A stretch of 64,000 bases of DNA, from positions 46,073 to 110,072 of the forward strand of contig JBHLPF010000001.1 of NCBI GenBank assembly GCA_048939765.1. The letters are read 5' to 3'. Source of the stretch: Promethearchaeota archaeon. GTDB lineage: Archaea; Asgardarchaeota; Thorarchaeia; Thorarchaeales; Thorarchaeaceae. Below the pieces are notes generated by a model. It ran no database searches and had not been told where the DNA came from. It saw nothing but the letters and a program-made list of their open reading frames with translations. This document shows, in pieces, positions 44,863 to 54,445 of this stretch (positions are counted from its first letter, which is position 1; each line of letters begins with the position of its first letter). The position numbers were made by a program, and so were the translations under genes.

Positions 44863-46755
44863 TTGACCAAACCCAAAGAGCTACTAGAAGATAAAGTAGG
44901 AAAGAAAGTACTTCTTCTTGCCAATGAAGCTATTGCTCGAGGTGTTCTTGAGGCTGGCGTACGACTTGCTGCACTCTATCCTGGAACTCCAAGCAGTGAG
45001 ATTGGGAATAATCTCACAATCATGGCGCCTCATATTCCAAACTTCTACTTTGAGTTCAGCGCCAATGAGAAGGTCGCCCTGGAAGTTGCGGGTGCGGCTG
45101 CGGTTGCAGGTGTAAGATCGATGATGGTCTGTAAGGGACCAGGTCTCAATGTAGCAGCTGACCCATTCTTTTCACTGGCCTATGTAGGTATACGAGGCGG
45201 TATGGTCATCGTAGTGGCTGACGACCCTAGTATGTGGAGCTCACAGAATGAGAACGACAGTAGATACTATGCTTTGATGGGCAATATGCCTATGGTTGAG
45301 CCAGCTGATCCCGCTGAAGCCAAATCGATGGTTCTCAAGGCATACGAGATATCTGAAGAACTAGAGCTTCCTGTACTCCTTAGGACGACAACGCGTGTCA
45401 ATCATACTAGGTCTCCAGTGGAGTTTGGAGAAATAAGAAAACGTCCTGCAACTGTGGAATTTGAGAAGGAACCATTTCGATTTGTACCAATTCCAGCAGT
45501 CGCTAGAAAACGGCATCCCGTACTTCTTGAAACTATGAAGAAAGCAATGAAGGTCTCTGAATCAACTCCCTTTAACTTCATCCAGGGTGAGGGAGATCTT
45601 GGGATAATCACAAGTGGAGTAGCATACAACTATGTCCTTGAGGCACTTTCGTCAATGGAACTCTCAGCGGAAGTTTTCAAACTTGGAATGACCCATCCAG
45701 TTCCAGAGGCGAAAATTGGTGAATTCCTCGAGAAACACAGAAGAGTTGTGATAGTTGAAGAGCTGGAGCCGTTCCTAGAAACCCACGCCAGAAGAATTGC
45801 TCAGCTCAATAACATCCCTGTTGAGATCCTTGGAAAAGAACAAGGATACTTCTCACGAACTTTTGAGTATAGCCCGCGAATTGTCATCACAGCTCTTTCT
45901 AAGATTATTAATCGTGATACAAGTATTAACTGGGAAGAGATAGACAAGAAGACCGCGGAGCTTCCTGAATTACCTCCGAGACCTCCTCTCCTCTGTGCTG
46001 GATGTCCTCATCGTGCAACCTACTATGCCATACGAACTGCCACACGAGGCAAGGCGATCTATCCTTCTGACATCGGATGTTACACACTCAGTATAGCACC
46101 ACCCCTTGAAACTGCTGACATTCTCTTTGACATGGGATCATCAATCACAACAGCTTGTGGAATTGCCCGTGTGACCGGTCAAGATGTTGTGGCAACGATT
46201 GGTGACAGTACATTCTTTGCATCGGGACTACCCGGTATTGCCAATGCTGTATACAATAGCCATCCAATCAGTCTAGTGGTTCTCGATAACAGAACTACGG
46301 CAATGACCGGGCACCAGCCACATCCTGGTACTGGAGTCACTGGAATGCAAAAACAAGTCGAACCGCTGAATATCGCAGAGATCTGTAAAGGACTTGGGGT
46401 GAAGTACGTCAAGACCATACAACCATTCGATTCCATGGCAACCATTGTTGCGGAAATCAGGGAAATGGTGACATGGGTCAGAGAGAACCAGGCGCCAGCA
46501 GTGATGGTGTCAATAGAACCATGCGCTCTTCTTACGGCTGCAGATAGACAACGAAGCGGCGAATTTCCCCCGAAGTACTATGTTGATGAGGAGGTATGTA
46601 ATGCATGCAAACGATGCCTGAACCGCCTATCCTGTCCAGCTATGTATCAAGATCCTGAAACCGAAAAGGCAGTGATTGACGAGACCCTGTGCAATCTATG
46701 TGGCACTTGTGTTTCTGTATGTCCACAAGGCGCAATCAAACAGGAGGATGCATAG
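44863..46755 (+). CDS. iorA: Indolepyruvate:ferredoxin oxidoreductase alpha subunit
   Basis: 630 aa. TPP-binding and pyrimidine-binding domains. C-terminal two [4Fe-4S] motifs CNACKRCLNRLSCP and CNLCGTCVSVCP. Confidence 0.85.
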   Translation: MTKPKELLEDKVGKKVLLLANEAIARGVLEAGVRLAALYPGTPSSEIGNNLTIMAPHIPNFYFEFSANEKVALEVAGAAAVAGVRSMMVCKGPGLNVAADPFFSLAYVGIRGGMVIVVADDPSMWSSQNENDSRYYALMGNMPMVEPADPAEAKSMVLKAYEISEELELPVLLRTTTRVNHTRSPVEFGEIRKRPATVEFEKEPFRFVPIPAVARKRHPVLLETMKKAMKVSESTPFNFIQGEGDLGIITSGVAYNYVLEALSSMELSAEVFKLGMTHPVPEAKIGEFLEKHRRVVIVEELEPFLETHARRIAQLNNIPVEILGKEQGYFSRTFEYSPRIVITALSKIINRDTSINWEEIDKKTAELPELPPRPPLLCAGCPHRATYYAIRTATRGKAIYPSDIGCYTLSIAPPLETADILFDMGSSITTACGIARVTGQDVVATIGDSTFFASGLPGIANAVYNSHPISLVVLDNRTTAMTGHQPHPGTGVTGMQKQVEPLNIAEICKGLGVKYVKTIQPFDSMATIVAEIREMVTWVRENQAPAVMVSIEPCALLTAADRQRSGEFPPKYYVDEEVCNACKRCLNRLSCPAMYQDPETEKAVIDETLCNLCGTCVSVCPQGAIKQEDA

Positions 46756-46757
46756 GA

Positions 46758-47372
46758 GTGACTGGTAATAGAAGTAATACAATCAATGTGGCGATCACTG
46801 GTGTTGGTGGTCAAGGTGTTCTCACTCTTGCTGAGATTCTGGCAAAAGCAGCACTTGCAGACTTGTTGAATGTCCGTGTTGGTGAGATTCATGGAATGGC
46901 TCAGCGTGGAGGTCATGTTGTTTGTACTGTTCGGATTGGTGATGGTGCAAAAGGTCCAATAGTCGATCCAGGTACTGCAGATTTACTGGTAGGATTTGAA
47001 CCAATTGAAACCCTTAGAGAGATTCAGACTATTGCAGAGGATGGATGTGTACTACTGAGCTCCCATATTCAGTATCCTGTGGCGGTATCGATGGGCGAGG
47101 CGGAATACCCCAATCATGAGGAAATCATTAGTGGCATCAAGAAGTTTACTGGTCGAATTCTAGAAGTGGATGCAATGGACTTGGCCCAAAAGGCGGGAAG
47201 TTCTATGTCACTGAATATGGTGATGTTAGGAGGCATCATAGGAACCGGAATCACGCCAATTAAGAAGAAAACAGCGCTTGAGATAGTAAGGTCGACATTC
47301 CCAAAGAAGTTCGAACCCATCAATGTACAAGCTTTTGAGCTTGGAATGGAAGCCATCGAATCATTGCTTTAG
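46758..47372 (+). CDS. iorB: Indolepyruvate:ferredoxin oxidoreductase beta subunit
   Basis: Start placed at the in-frame GTG just after the iorA stop, with GGAGG 10 nt upstream. VAITGVGGQGV glycine-rich motif of IorB/gamma-type subunits. Confidence 0.8.
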   Translation: MTGNRSNTINVAITGVGGQGVLTLAEILAKAALADLLNVRVGEIHGMAQRGGHVVCTVRIGDGAKGPIVDPGTADLLVGFEPIETLREIQTIAEDGCVLLSSHIQYPVAVSMGEAEYPNHEEIISGIKKFTGRILEVDAMDLAQKAGSSMSLNMVMLGGIIGTGITPIKKKTALEIVRSTFPKKFEPINVQAFELGMEAIESLL

Positions 47373-47375
47373 TGT

Positions 47376-49709
47376 TCATTTCATTTGAGCCGCTGCGACA
47401 GCCACTTGACCTGCAGACACTCCTCCATCCCCAGGTGGTATATGCTTGTGTATCAGAGGCTGCTTTCCTTTCGAACGAATGACATCAATTATTGTTTCAG
47501 TAATAATCCGATTCAAAGCCACGCCACCAGAGAATCCGACATGATTGATGCCTTCGTCATCGGCAATTCTGCAGGCCATCTCAGCAAGGGCTTCCCCCAC
47601 ATGTCGATGCGCAGCAAATGCGATCTTGTGTGTGGAATATCCCTTTCTTTCCAGTTCCAGAATCTGGTGAAGCGATTCTGCCGAATTCAACTCGACGACA
47701 TTACCACCTGAAATGAAGTCTGATTCGATTTTGAGATCGGAGCTAATCGAGTGTGCCTCGAGCTTCATTGGACATTCGCCGTCGTACGAATTCTCGGAAC
47801 AGACACCCAATGAAACTGCCACAGCATCAAGGAACCTACCAACACTGGTGCTCCGTAGGACATTGATATCTTCGGTCATAGCTTGCAGGAGTACTGGCAA
47901 TGTTTGCTCGTCTATATTCCCATTTGACGCAATAGGCTGTCCTAATACAGTTGAAAGAAGTCTTTCAATCGGAAGTCTATTCCCAAGGATTCCTACTAGA
48001 GACCGAGCCGCATACCTTGCCGAGAGATCTCCTCCTGGGAATGGACTTGGCTTTAATCCTCCCCTTCTTACAAACTCTGCTGCATTTCCGACCAGTATAT
48101 CACCACCCCATCCATCTCCATCAGGAGAGTATCCATAACCGTCAGCTGTAATACAGACAATACTTGTATCAAGATTCATATTGTTGTCTATCAGTATTCC
48201 TGCGAGATGGGCATGATGATGTTGTACGCGGAATAATTGAGCATCCATCTTTATAGATAGTTCTTCAGCCAGTTCTGTGCTCAGAAACTCTGGATGCAAG
48301 TCACATGCAATGGCATCAACATCATCTATTCCAAGCAGAAACATCAGATGATCGATGCTGGTTCTGAGGAAGTCAATGTTCTCGACACGGTCAGTGTCCC
48401 CGATATGCTGCGTCATGTATAGCTTCCTCGACTTGAGGACCACACCAGTCGCTTTCTCTTCGGGTCCCACCGCAACAACTCTCAGTGCTGGGCTACAGTT
48501 CACGGTCAAAGGTTCAGGCACATATCCTCTAGCACGACGGATGAACACTGGACTGTCATTGCCCACAAACTTGATCACTGAGTCATCTGATCTCTGATGA
48601 ATTCGGCGATTGTGCAGCAAGAAGTAGTCTGCTATGCCACTCAGCTCTTTGGTAATCACCTGTGGGTCAATATACATCGGTACACCTGTAGGATTCGCGC
48701 TTGTCATTACTAGGGCTTCCTCTTCGAGCTTATCGAACAGGAGATGATGAAGAGGGGCATAGGGTAGCATAACACCCAAGGTGTCCAAGCTCGGAGATAT
48801 CTCCTCGAGTGATTCTTGAGGTATTGTTGAACCAGTACATTTTCTGACCAAAACAATAGGCCTTCTCCAAGTCTTCATTAGTTGCATTTCATTCTCGGTG
48901 GGTTCACTGAATCGGAAGACTGCATCTATGTCCTTTGCCATAATTGCAAATGGCCGTTGAAACCTGCTCTTTCTCTCTCTCAGAACTCTAATTGGTCTAT
49001 GGTCAGAGGTCTTTGTCACAAGATGTGTTCCGCCTATGCCTTGCAGAGCTAGAACAGCATTCTGTTCTAAGAGATGTACTGCTTGAGCAATACTATCTAT
49101 ATCTTGCACCAGCTCTCCGTCTTTATCATAGAGTCGATATCTTGGTCCACAATCATCACATGCTGTTGTCTGAGCATGATACCTCCGATCCATCGGACTT
49201 GTATAACCTGTATTACAAACATTACACAATGGAAAGTCCACCATTGTAGTGTTGGGACGGTCATAGGGGAGGCTTGTGATCGTTGAATATCTGGGACCGC
49301 ACGCCGCGCACGAAGTGAATGGATATTGATACCATCTTGAATCCGGACTTTCCAAGTCCTGAATACAGTCATCGCAAATGGCAATATCTGGAGGCATCTC
49401 TGGTGCGGACTCGTCATCTCTCACTGTAGATGAGCGTTGTATTGAGAATGAATCAAAGGAGCTAGCAGGTGAATCCCAATCAACATCAAGCGATTCAATA
49501 CGGGAGATTGAGGGTGGATTGGATCGAAGCTGTTCAATTAGATTCTCAATATCCTTGCGATTCCCCTCAACAACTATCTGCACACCCGCATCTCCAAGAT
49601 TGAGGACATAACCGACCAGCGACAGATTGCTTGCAACTCGATAGACAAAGGGCCTGAATCCAACTCCTTGAACAATACCCGTCACATGAATCTCAGCTCT
49701 TTGTATCAA
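47376..49709 (-). CDS. hypF: Carbamoyltransferase HypF ([NiFe]-hydrogenase maturation)
   Basis: 777 aa. N-terminal acylphosphatase domain (VTGIVQGVGFRPFV), two Zn-finger CxxC pairs, a YrdC-like domain and a Kae1/YgjD-like C-terminal domain. Confidence 0.9.
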   Translation of the reverse strand: MIQRAEIHVTGIVQGVGFRPFVYRVASNLSLVGYVLNLGDAGVQIVVEGNRKDIENLIEQLRSNPPSISRIESLDVDWDSPASSFDSFSIQRSSTVRDDESAPEMPPDIAICDDCIQDLESPDSRWYQYPFTSCAACGPRYSTITSLPYDRPNTTMVDFPLCNVCNTGYTSPMDRRYHAQTTACDDCGPRYRLYDKDGELVQDIDSIAQAVHLLEQNAVLALQGIGGTHLVTKTSDHRPIRVLRERKSRFQRPFAIMAKDIDAVFRFSEPTENEMQLMKTWRRPIVLVRKCTGSTIPQESLEEISPSLDTLGVMLPYAPLHHLLFDKLEEEALVMTSANPTGVPMYIDPQVITKELSGIADYFLLHNRRIHQRSDDSVIKFVGNDSPVFIRRARGYVPEPLTVNCSPALRVVAVGPEEKATGVVLKSRKLYMTQHIGDTDRVENIDFLRTSIDHLMFLLGIDDVDAIACDLHPEFLSTELAEELSIKMDAQLFRVQHHHAHLAGILIDNNMNLDTSIVCITADGYGYSPDGDGWGGDILVGNAAEFVRRGGLKPSPFPGGDLSARYAARSLVGILGNRLPIERLLSTVLGQPIASNGNIDEQTLPVLLQAMTEDINVLRSTSVGRFLDAVAVSLGVCSENSYDGECPMKLEAHSISSDLKIESDFISGGNVVELNSAESLHQILELERKGYSTHKIAFAAHRHVGEALAEMACRIADDEGINHVGFSGGVALNRIITETIIDVIRSKGKQPLIHKHIPPGDGGVSAGQVAVAAAQMK

Positions 49710-49837
49710 CCTGGGTAATCCTCGCTACGTGGAATCCTATCAGTCTGGGATATTAATCCAATGAAGTAACACGTTTAGAGTGTTAGTGCATTATATGACC
49801 TCTTAAGGAGCCAATTGACACAAATCTGTGAACTGAC

Positions 49838-50254
49838 GTGCGTGCTTCAGGTGACAATACTCGGCCTTTACTATTCGAACCCAAAACTAATCCGTCCATC
49901 CTAGCCAGTATTCCAGATTGCTTCAGGAGCATTCTTCTTGAGACCGTTGAGAAGCTTAAGAAAAAGGAGAAATCCACACTCATCTCAAGCAACAGTCTTG
50001 CCAATAGATTCATCCTCGAGAGATGGGGGATCCGACCATCGCAGAGGAAGCGTTATCGGAACCTATTCACACAAGTAAGGAAGCAATGTCGTGCCATATT
50101 CCAACACTATCTAATGCGAGGAAGAGTTGAGTGGACTACTGATAACACGAGCTACGTCTTCGGTGTCTTCAAGTTTGATGAGATTCGTGGGAATCTGATT
50201 CTTGGATTTGTCCTAACCCCTCCTGAGTCAGAATGGAAACTCCGTTTTAGGTAG
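49838..50254 (+). CDS. Hypothetical protein
   Basis: 138-aa ORF. No motifs. Confidence 0.35.
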   Translation: MRASGDNTRPLLFEPKTNPSILASIPDCFRSILLETVEKLKKKEKSTLISSNSLANRFILERWGIRPSQRKRYRNLFTQVRKQCRAIFQHYLMRGRVEWTTDNTSYVFGVFKFDEIRGNLILGFVLTPPESEWKLRFR

Positions 50255-50416
50255 CATTTTGCTATTAATTGTTGTATTACAAACGTATTACAAACCCACA
50301 TCGGGAAGCTTTATGTGTTCAGTTGTATACAAAGTTGTATCCGTACAGATGTACAAGACTGAGGTCTGGAAAACGCATTATGAAGCCTCCTTTTGCGATT
50401 TCCGCCTATATGAGGC

Positions 50417-50980
50417 TTGTCATATATGAGTCAGAAAAGATCCAAAACCAAACGGCATGGCGCTGTCAAACAACTAGCAGACGGGGCACAGAGAGTCTTG
50501 CAGGAGCCCATCTTGAAGGCATTGCTCGATCAATCCACATTGACAAAGGTCCAACTGGAAACCCTCCTGATAGATCTCGTTGTGGAAGATGAACATGGGA
50601 GTCATATTCCATATGATGAGAAGGCATCTCTCAGATTGAAAAGGAGGGGAAGACCCAGTGGAGTTTCACGTGGTTCGTTTAACAGAACCCTAAGCCAGGC
50701 ACGAAGAAACGTGACACGTTGTCTATACACGATGCTACTTCTAGCGTATCTTGGTCTGTTTGAATTCACACTCTTCAGACCGTTTGAGGAGATAGCCACA
50801 AGGATTGGAGATTATCGGAAGATTCGTGATGTACTAGCAGGGAAGACAGATCTGTCCGACGAAGAGATCGAGAGCTATAGTACGGCAGAACGCACAATCC
50901 TCTCGGCATTGGAAGAGCTCACTTCATCAACAGTGCTGAAGTCGGAGTTGTCTAAACGCAAAGCTGAACCAGGAACATAA
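50417..50980 (+). CDS. Hypothetical protein with a basic AT-hook-like segment (KRRGRPSG)
   Basis: 187 aa. No other motifs. Confidence 0.4.
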   Translation: MSYMSQKRSKTKRHGAVKQLADGAQRVLQEPILKALLDQSTLTKVQLETLLIDLVVEDEHGSHIPYDEKASLRLKRRGRPSGVSRGSFNRTLSQARRNVTRCLYTMLLLAYLGLFEFTLFRPFEEIATRIGDYRKIRDVLAGKTDLSDEEIESYSTAERTILSALEELTSSTVLKSELSKRKAEPGT

Positions 50981-51309
50981 CGAAGAAACGGCACGAGCAT
51001 GTTGTATCTGCGGCAAGTCAGTCAGGTTTCCCAGCACCGAACTCTTACCGGCATTGGATCTTCTTGTAGGTACTTTTTCTTGAGGAGATAGAGATGCCAA
51101 CGACGTACGTTTGACAGTACCAAAGGATGGAAATCCCGTAGCACTAGTCTGCCATCATCGACACAAAATGCTCATACTTTACAGGGTCAAAAGTATACAT
51201 AGTTCTAATCTTAGAACGCAAAAATCTATTTCGTCTGGCACCAATAAATGCACCATTTGCCGGTGAAATACTCATTGTATTACAAAAGATACAAACAATA
51301 CATGCCTGT

Positions 51310-52608
51310 TTGATAGCTCGACAAAGTCTTATCACTCAGAAAAATGATTCTAGTTACGATACAGGAGTAAGGCTGAGTGTGTCCGGAAAAAGAGATGATA
51401 AGTGGTTCCTGAGGGCTAGCCATGAGCATGCAGAGAAAGCTGAAATGGAACGTTCGCTAGAGAACATCGTTAACGCAATGGGCGAGAGGAGATCTCGGGA
51501 TCTGCTTGATATCATTGCAACCGTAGAACAGGAGAAGGGATGGCATACAGCTCTGGAATATCTCATTGATGTAGGGAATATGGAGTATTCTACCCCGGCT
51601 GGCTTTGGAAAACAACAGAAGAAAATTGAGCCCCTGAAGTATCGCGAAATGCTCTTTGATCTGTTGGCATGCAATGGATTCGAACCCGTGCAGACCGATA
51701 CCGAAAGTCTTCTTCGAACACTGAAATCGAGTACATCTCTAGCTGAGGCATCACAGTCGTTCATACCCCATGTTCAAGAGATTGCTATGAAACAAATAGA
51801 ATCCGGTGACACACTATACTTCAGTATCCTTCCAGATACTGAGTTCGAGGAATTCAACAAACAGCTTGAGGCGATCCGGATTGAACAGATAGCCAATCTC
51901 AATCTGAAACGAACTGGCAAGCTTGTGGAAACTACACAATTGTGGAATACGGAATATGGTCGCCTTGCTCTATCCGATCTTGGGATAAAAGGAAATAAAG
52001 CATCGATGGAACAATACGATATGGTATTATCGGTAATACAAGTATCACCAGGAATTAAGCAGAGGATAGCACTGTCTGAAACAACAGAAGCATCCGTTAT
52101 TGACTCCATTGGACCATCAAATCAAATGTACAAAGAACTTCATGAACACATCATCAATCAAGACATTGCAGGTCTCATCTCCAAGGGCAGCATTCATTCA
52201 TTGCCAACTCTGAATGCAATGTTGGATAATGCAGTCACTCAATACATGAATTCCAAATCAAGTGAGGCCTATCGGCAGTTGCTACAATGTATCAATGGTC
52301 ATGTTGCAGTCCGTCATTTGGACTCAATCACCCATCTAGAGAAACTACTGAGTACTGATGACCAACGAATTATCACACCATCGATAACCGCTCTTGGAAA
52401 CCTCTACCATGAATCGTCCGCTCATGCCATCGTTGATCTGGTCTGCAGGAGCAAGGACAAGCAAGTCATCAATGCCTCATTGACTGCTCTTGACAACATC
52501 TTGAAGAAGTCCCCTGAAACCATGGTTGTGATCAAAGATGCTCTGGAGTCTGAGTGTAAAAATCGCAGGCATCTTAGACGTTTCCAAAAGAGGAACACTC
52601 CAGAGTGA
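51310..52608 (+). CDS. Hypothetical protein with C-terminal HEAT-like repeats
   Basis: 432 aa. The C-terminal 100 aa show repeated helical motifs (ITALGNLYHESSAHAIVDLV... / INASLTALDNILKKSPETM). Confidence 0.45.
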   Translation: MIARQSLITQKNDSSYDTGVRLSVSGKRDDKWFLRASHEHAEKAEMERSLENIVNAMGERRSRDLLDIIATVEQEKGWHTALEYLIDVGNMEYSTPAGFGKQQKKIEPLKYREMLFDLLACNGFEPVQTDTESLLRTLKSSTSLAEASQSFIPHVQEIAMKQIESGDTLYFSILPDTEFEEFNKQLEAIRIEQIANLNLKRTGKLVETTQLWNTEYGRLALSDLGIKGNKASMEQYDMVLSVIQVSPGIKQRIALSETTEASVIDSIGPSNQMYKELHEHIINQDIAGLISKGSIHSLPTLNAMLDNAVTQYMNSKSSEAYRQLLQCINGHVAVRHLDSITHLEKLLSTDDQRIITPSITALGNLYHESSAHAIVDLVCRSKDKQVINASLTALDNILKKSPETMVVIKDALESECKNRRHLRRFQKRNTPE

Positions 52609-54077
52609 TATTACTTGTAATACAATATTCTTTCATTTCGCTCGGTAGACATAAATCAAGTGATAATTGGTTCAGAGTCATGACCAGTCTGGACTCCAAG
52701 GGATTCGATGAGATTGAATGTTTCTTCAATCCTTCTCGAGTTGCCCTTGTTGGTGCATCATCTGACTATCGGAAACTGGGCAATTCTATTCTCATGAATC
52801 TCCTTGAATCCGAGATCGATGTCTATCCAGTGACTCGCAGTAGAGAACAAGTCCTTGGAGTCAAGGCATACCCAAGTCTTGCCAGCATCCCTGAACCTGT
52901 CGACTTGGTCATAGTTGCTGTTGCAGCAAAGTATTGTCCGGATTTGATGAGCCAGGTCCGAGAGGCAGGTGCGAAGGCTGCAATAGTGATATCGGGCGGT
53001 TTCAGTGAAACTGGTCCAAAAGGATTGCAGCTTGAGGAAGAACTGGTCAGGGCCGCTCAGGAGGCAGGAGTCAGAATAATCGGACCCAATTGTGTAGGTG
53101 TTTCCAATAGTATGCTGTTCAATGCTACTTTCACTATGATGCCTGAAAGAGGGAATATATCGTTAATCTCCCAGAGTGGAGCACTTGGTGGTATACTGAT
53201 CTACAACACACGTGTCAAGCGCATAGGTCTCAGTAAGTTTGCCAGTATTGGCAATTCAGCTGATGTCAGCTTTGTAGAGATTCTGGATTACTTTACTGAG
53301 GACTCAAAGACCACAGTGATCATGGTCTATGTAGAAGGAGTTGATGACGGTCGTGCCTTCTTTGAGTCCCTCAGTAGGGCAGCTAGACAGAAACCAGTTG
53401 TAGTGCTTAAGGGTGGGAGAAGTGAGCCTGGTAGTCGGGCAACCCAGTCTCACACAGGGTCCTTGGCGGGTTCAACAGCTGTATTTGATGGTATGATCCG
53501 ACAAGCCGGCTGTGTAACAGCTTCTTCTCTTGATACCTTTCTTGAAATTGCCAAATTGTTTGATTACCAACCTCTACCAGAAGGACGTAATATTGGTATT
53601 ATCAGTAATACAGGAGGAGCAGGTGTCCTTGCGACAGACGCATCAGCAGGTTTCAATCTAAATGTCCCTTCACTTGAACCAGAAACAAGCCAGGAACTAA
53701 GGCAGGTTCTATCTCCCATGGCGTCAGTAGAAAATCCCGTAGATGTTGTCGCAAGTGGGGGGAGAAAGGAATACCGAATTGCCACGGAGCTGATGCTCAA
53801 GGATCCTAATATAGACATGTTACTGGTGATTTGCGGAGTTCCGACCTTTGCTGGAATGACTCAAACGGAACATGCTGCAGGCACTCTGGAAGGGATAAGA
53901 ACAGCAGATGTTAAGAAACCCGTTGTTGGAGTATGGCTTGCAGGTGATGTTGGAAAACCAGGAAAGGATCTACTTGAGATGAATCGTGTTCCTTGTTATG
54001 ACGACCCGGCTCTAGCTGCATTGTGTATTGCAAGAGCCGCAGAATACTCAGAGATGCATACATCCAAAAGGGATTGA
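52605..54077 (+). CDS. acdA: Acetyl-CoA synthetase (ADP-forming) alpha subunit / acyl-CoA synthetase (NDP-forming) alpha
   Basis: CoA-binding Rossmann domain (RVALVGASSD...), succinyl-CoA-synthetase-like flavodoxin domain and ligase-CoA domain. The probable true start is MTSLDS at 52680. Confidence 0.8.
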   Translation: MILLVIQYSFISLGRHKSSDNWFRVMTSLDSKGFDEIECFFNPSRVALVGASSDYRKLGNSILMNLLESEIDVYPVTRSREQVLGVKAYPSLASIPEPVDLVIVAVAAKYCPDLMSQVREAGAKAAIVISGGFSETGPKGLQLEEELVRAAQEAGVRIIGPNCVGVSNSMLFNATFTMMPERGNISLISQSGALGGILIYNTRVKRIGLSKFASIGNSADVSFVEILDYFTEDSKTTVIMVYVEGVDDGRAFFESLSRAARQKPVVVLKGGRSEPGSRATQSHTGSLAGSTAVFDGMIRQAGCVTASSLDTFLEIAKLFDYQPLPEGRNIGIISNTGGAGVLATDASAGFNLNVPSLEPETSQELRQVLSPMASVENPVDVVASGGRKEYRIATELMLKDPNIDMLLVICGVPTFAGMTQTEHAAGTLEGIRTADVKKPVVGVWLAGDVGKPGKDLLEMNRVPCYDDPALAALCIARAAEYSEMHTSKRD

Positions 54078-54155
54078 GCAGGTCTGGTTACGACTAGGCA
54101 TAGTTGTATTACACGTATTATAATGATGACGTTATTATTTCCATGCTGAGAGCAG

Positions 54156-54443
54156 TCAGCCCTCATGATGCTTGTGGGTTATGTCTGGGAACTCATCAGT
54201 CAGTGCTTTCCAAAGTTTTCTCTCAACCCACATACTCAGGTTGATTGCCCTTTGATTTCGCACATCCTGTAGACAAGATCGAAGCTCGGTCGTGAACGAG
54301 AATGACACGATTGGGCTCTTCCTTTCCTTATTTGGTACAGCAATCATGGTCTTCGGTTTCTCTACTGCAACTCTCGCCCCTGACTCTGCAACCGATTCCC
54401 TTTCCTCTTCACCTGCATCCCTATACTTCTTCAGAACACTCAA
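54156..54443 (-). CDS. Small protein, possibly a ribbon-helix-helix (CopG/Arc-like) DNA-binding protein
   Basis: 95 aa. Beta-strand then helix pattern SPIVSFSFTTELRSCLQDV. Sits immediately downstream of an AAA+ ATPase gene with a 3-nt gap. Confidence 0.3.
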   Translation of the reverse strand: MSVLKKYRDAGEEERESVAESGARVAVEKPKTMIAVPNKERKSPIVSFSFTTELRSCLQDVRNQRAINLSMWVERKLWKALTDEFPDITHKHHEG

Positions 54444-54445
54444 AC

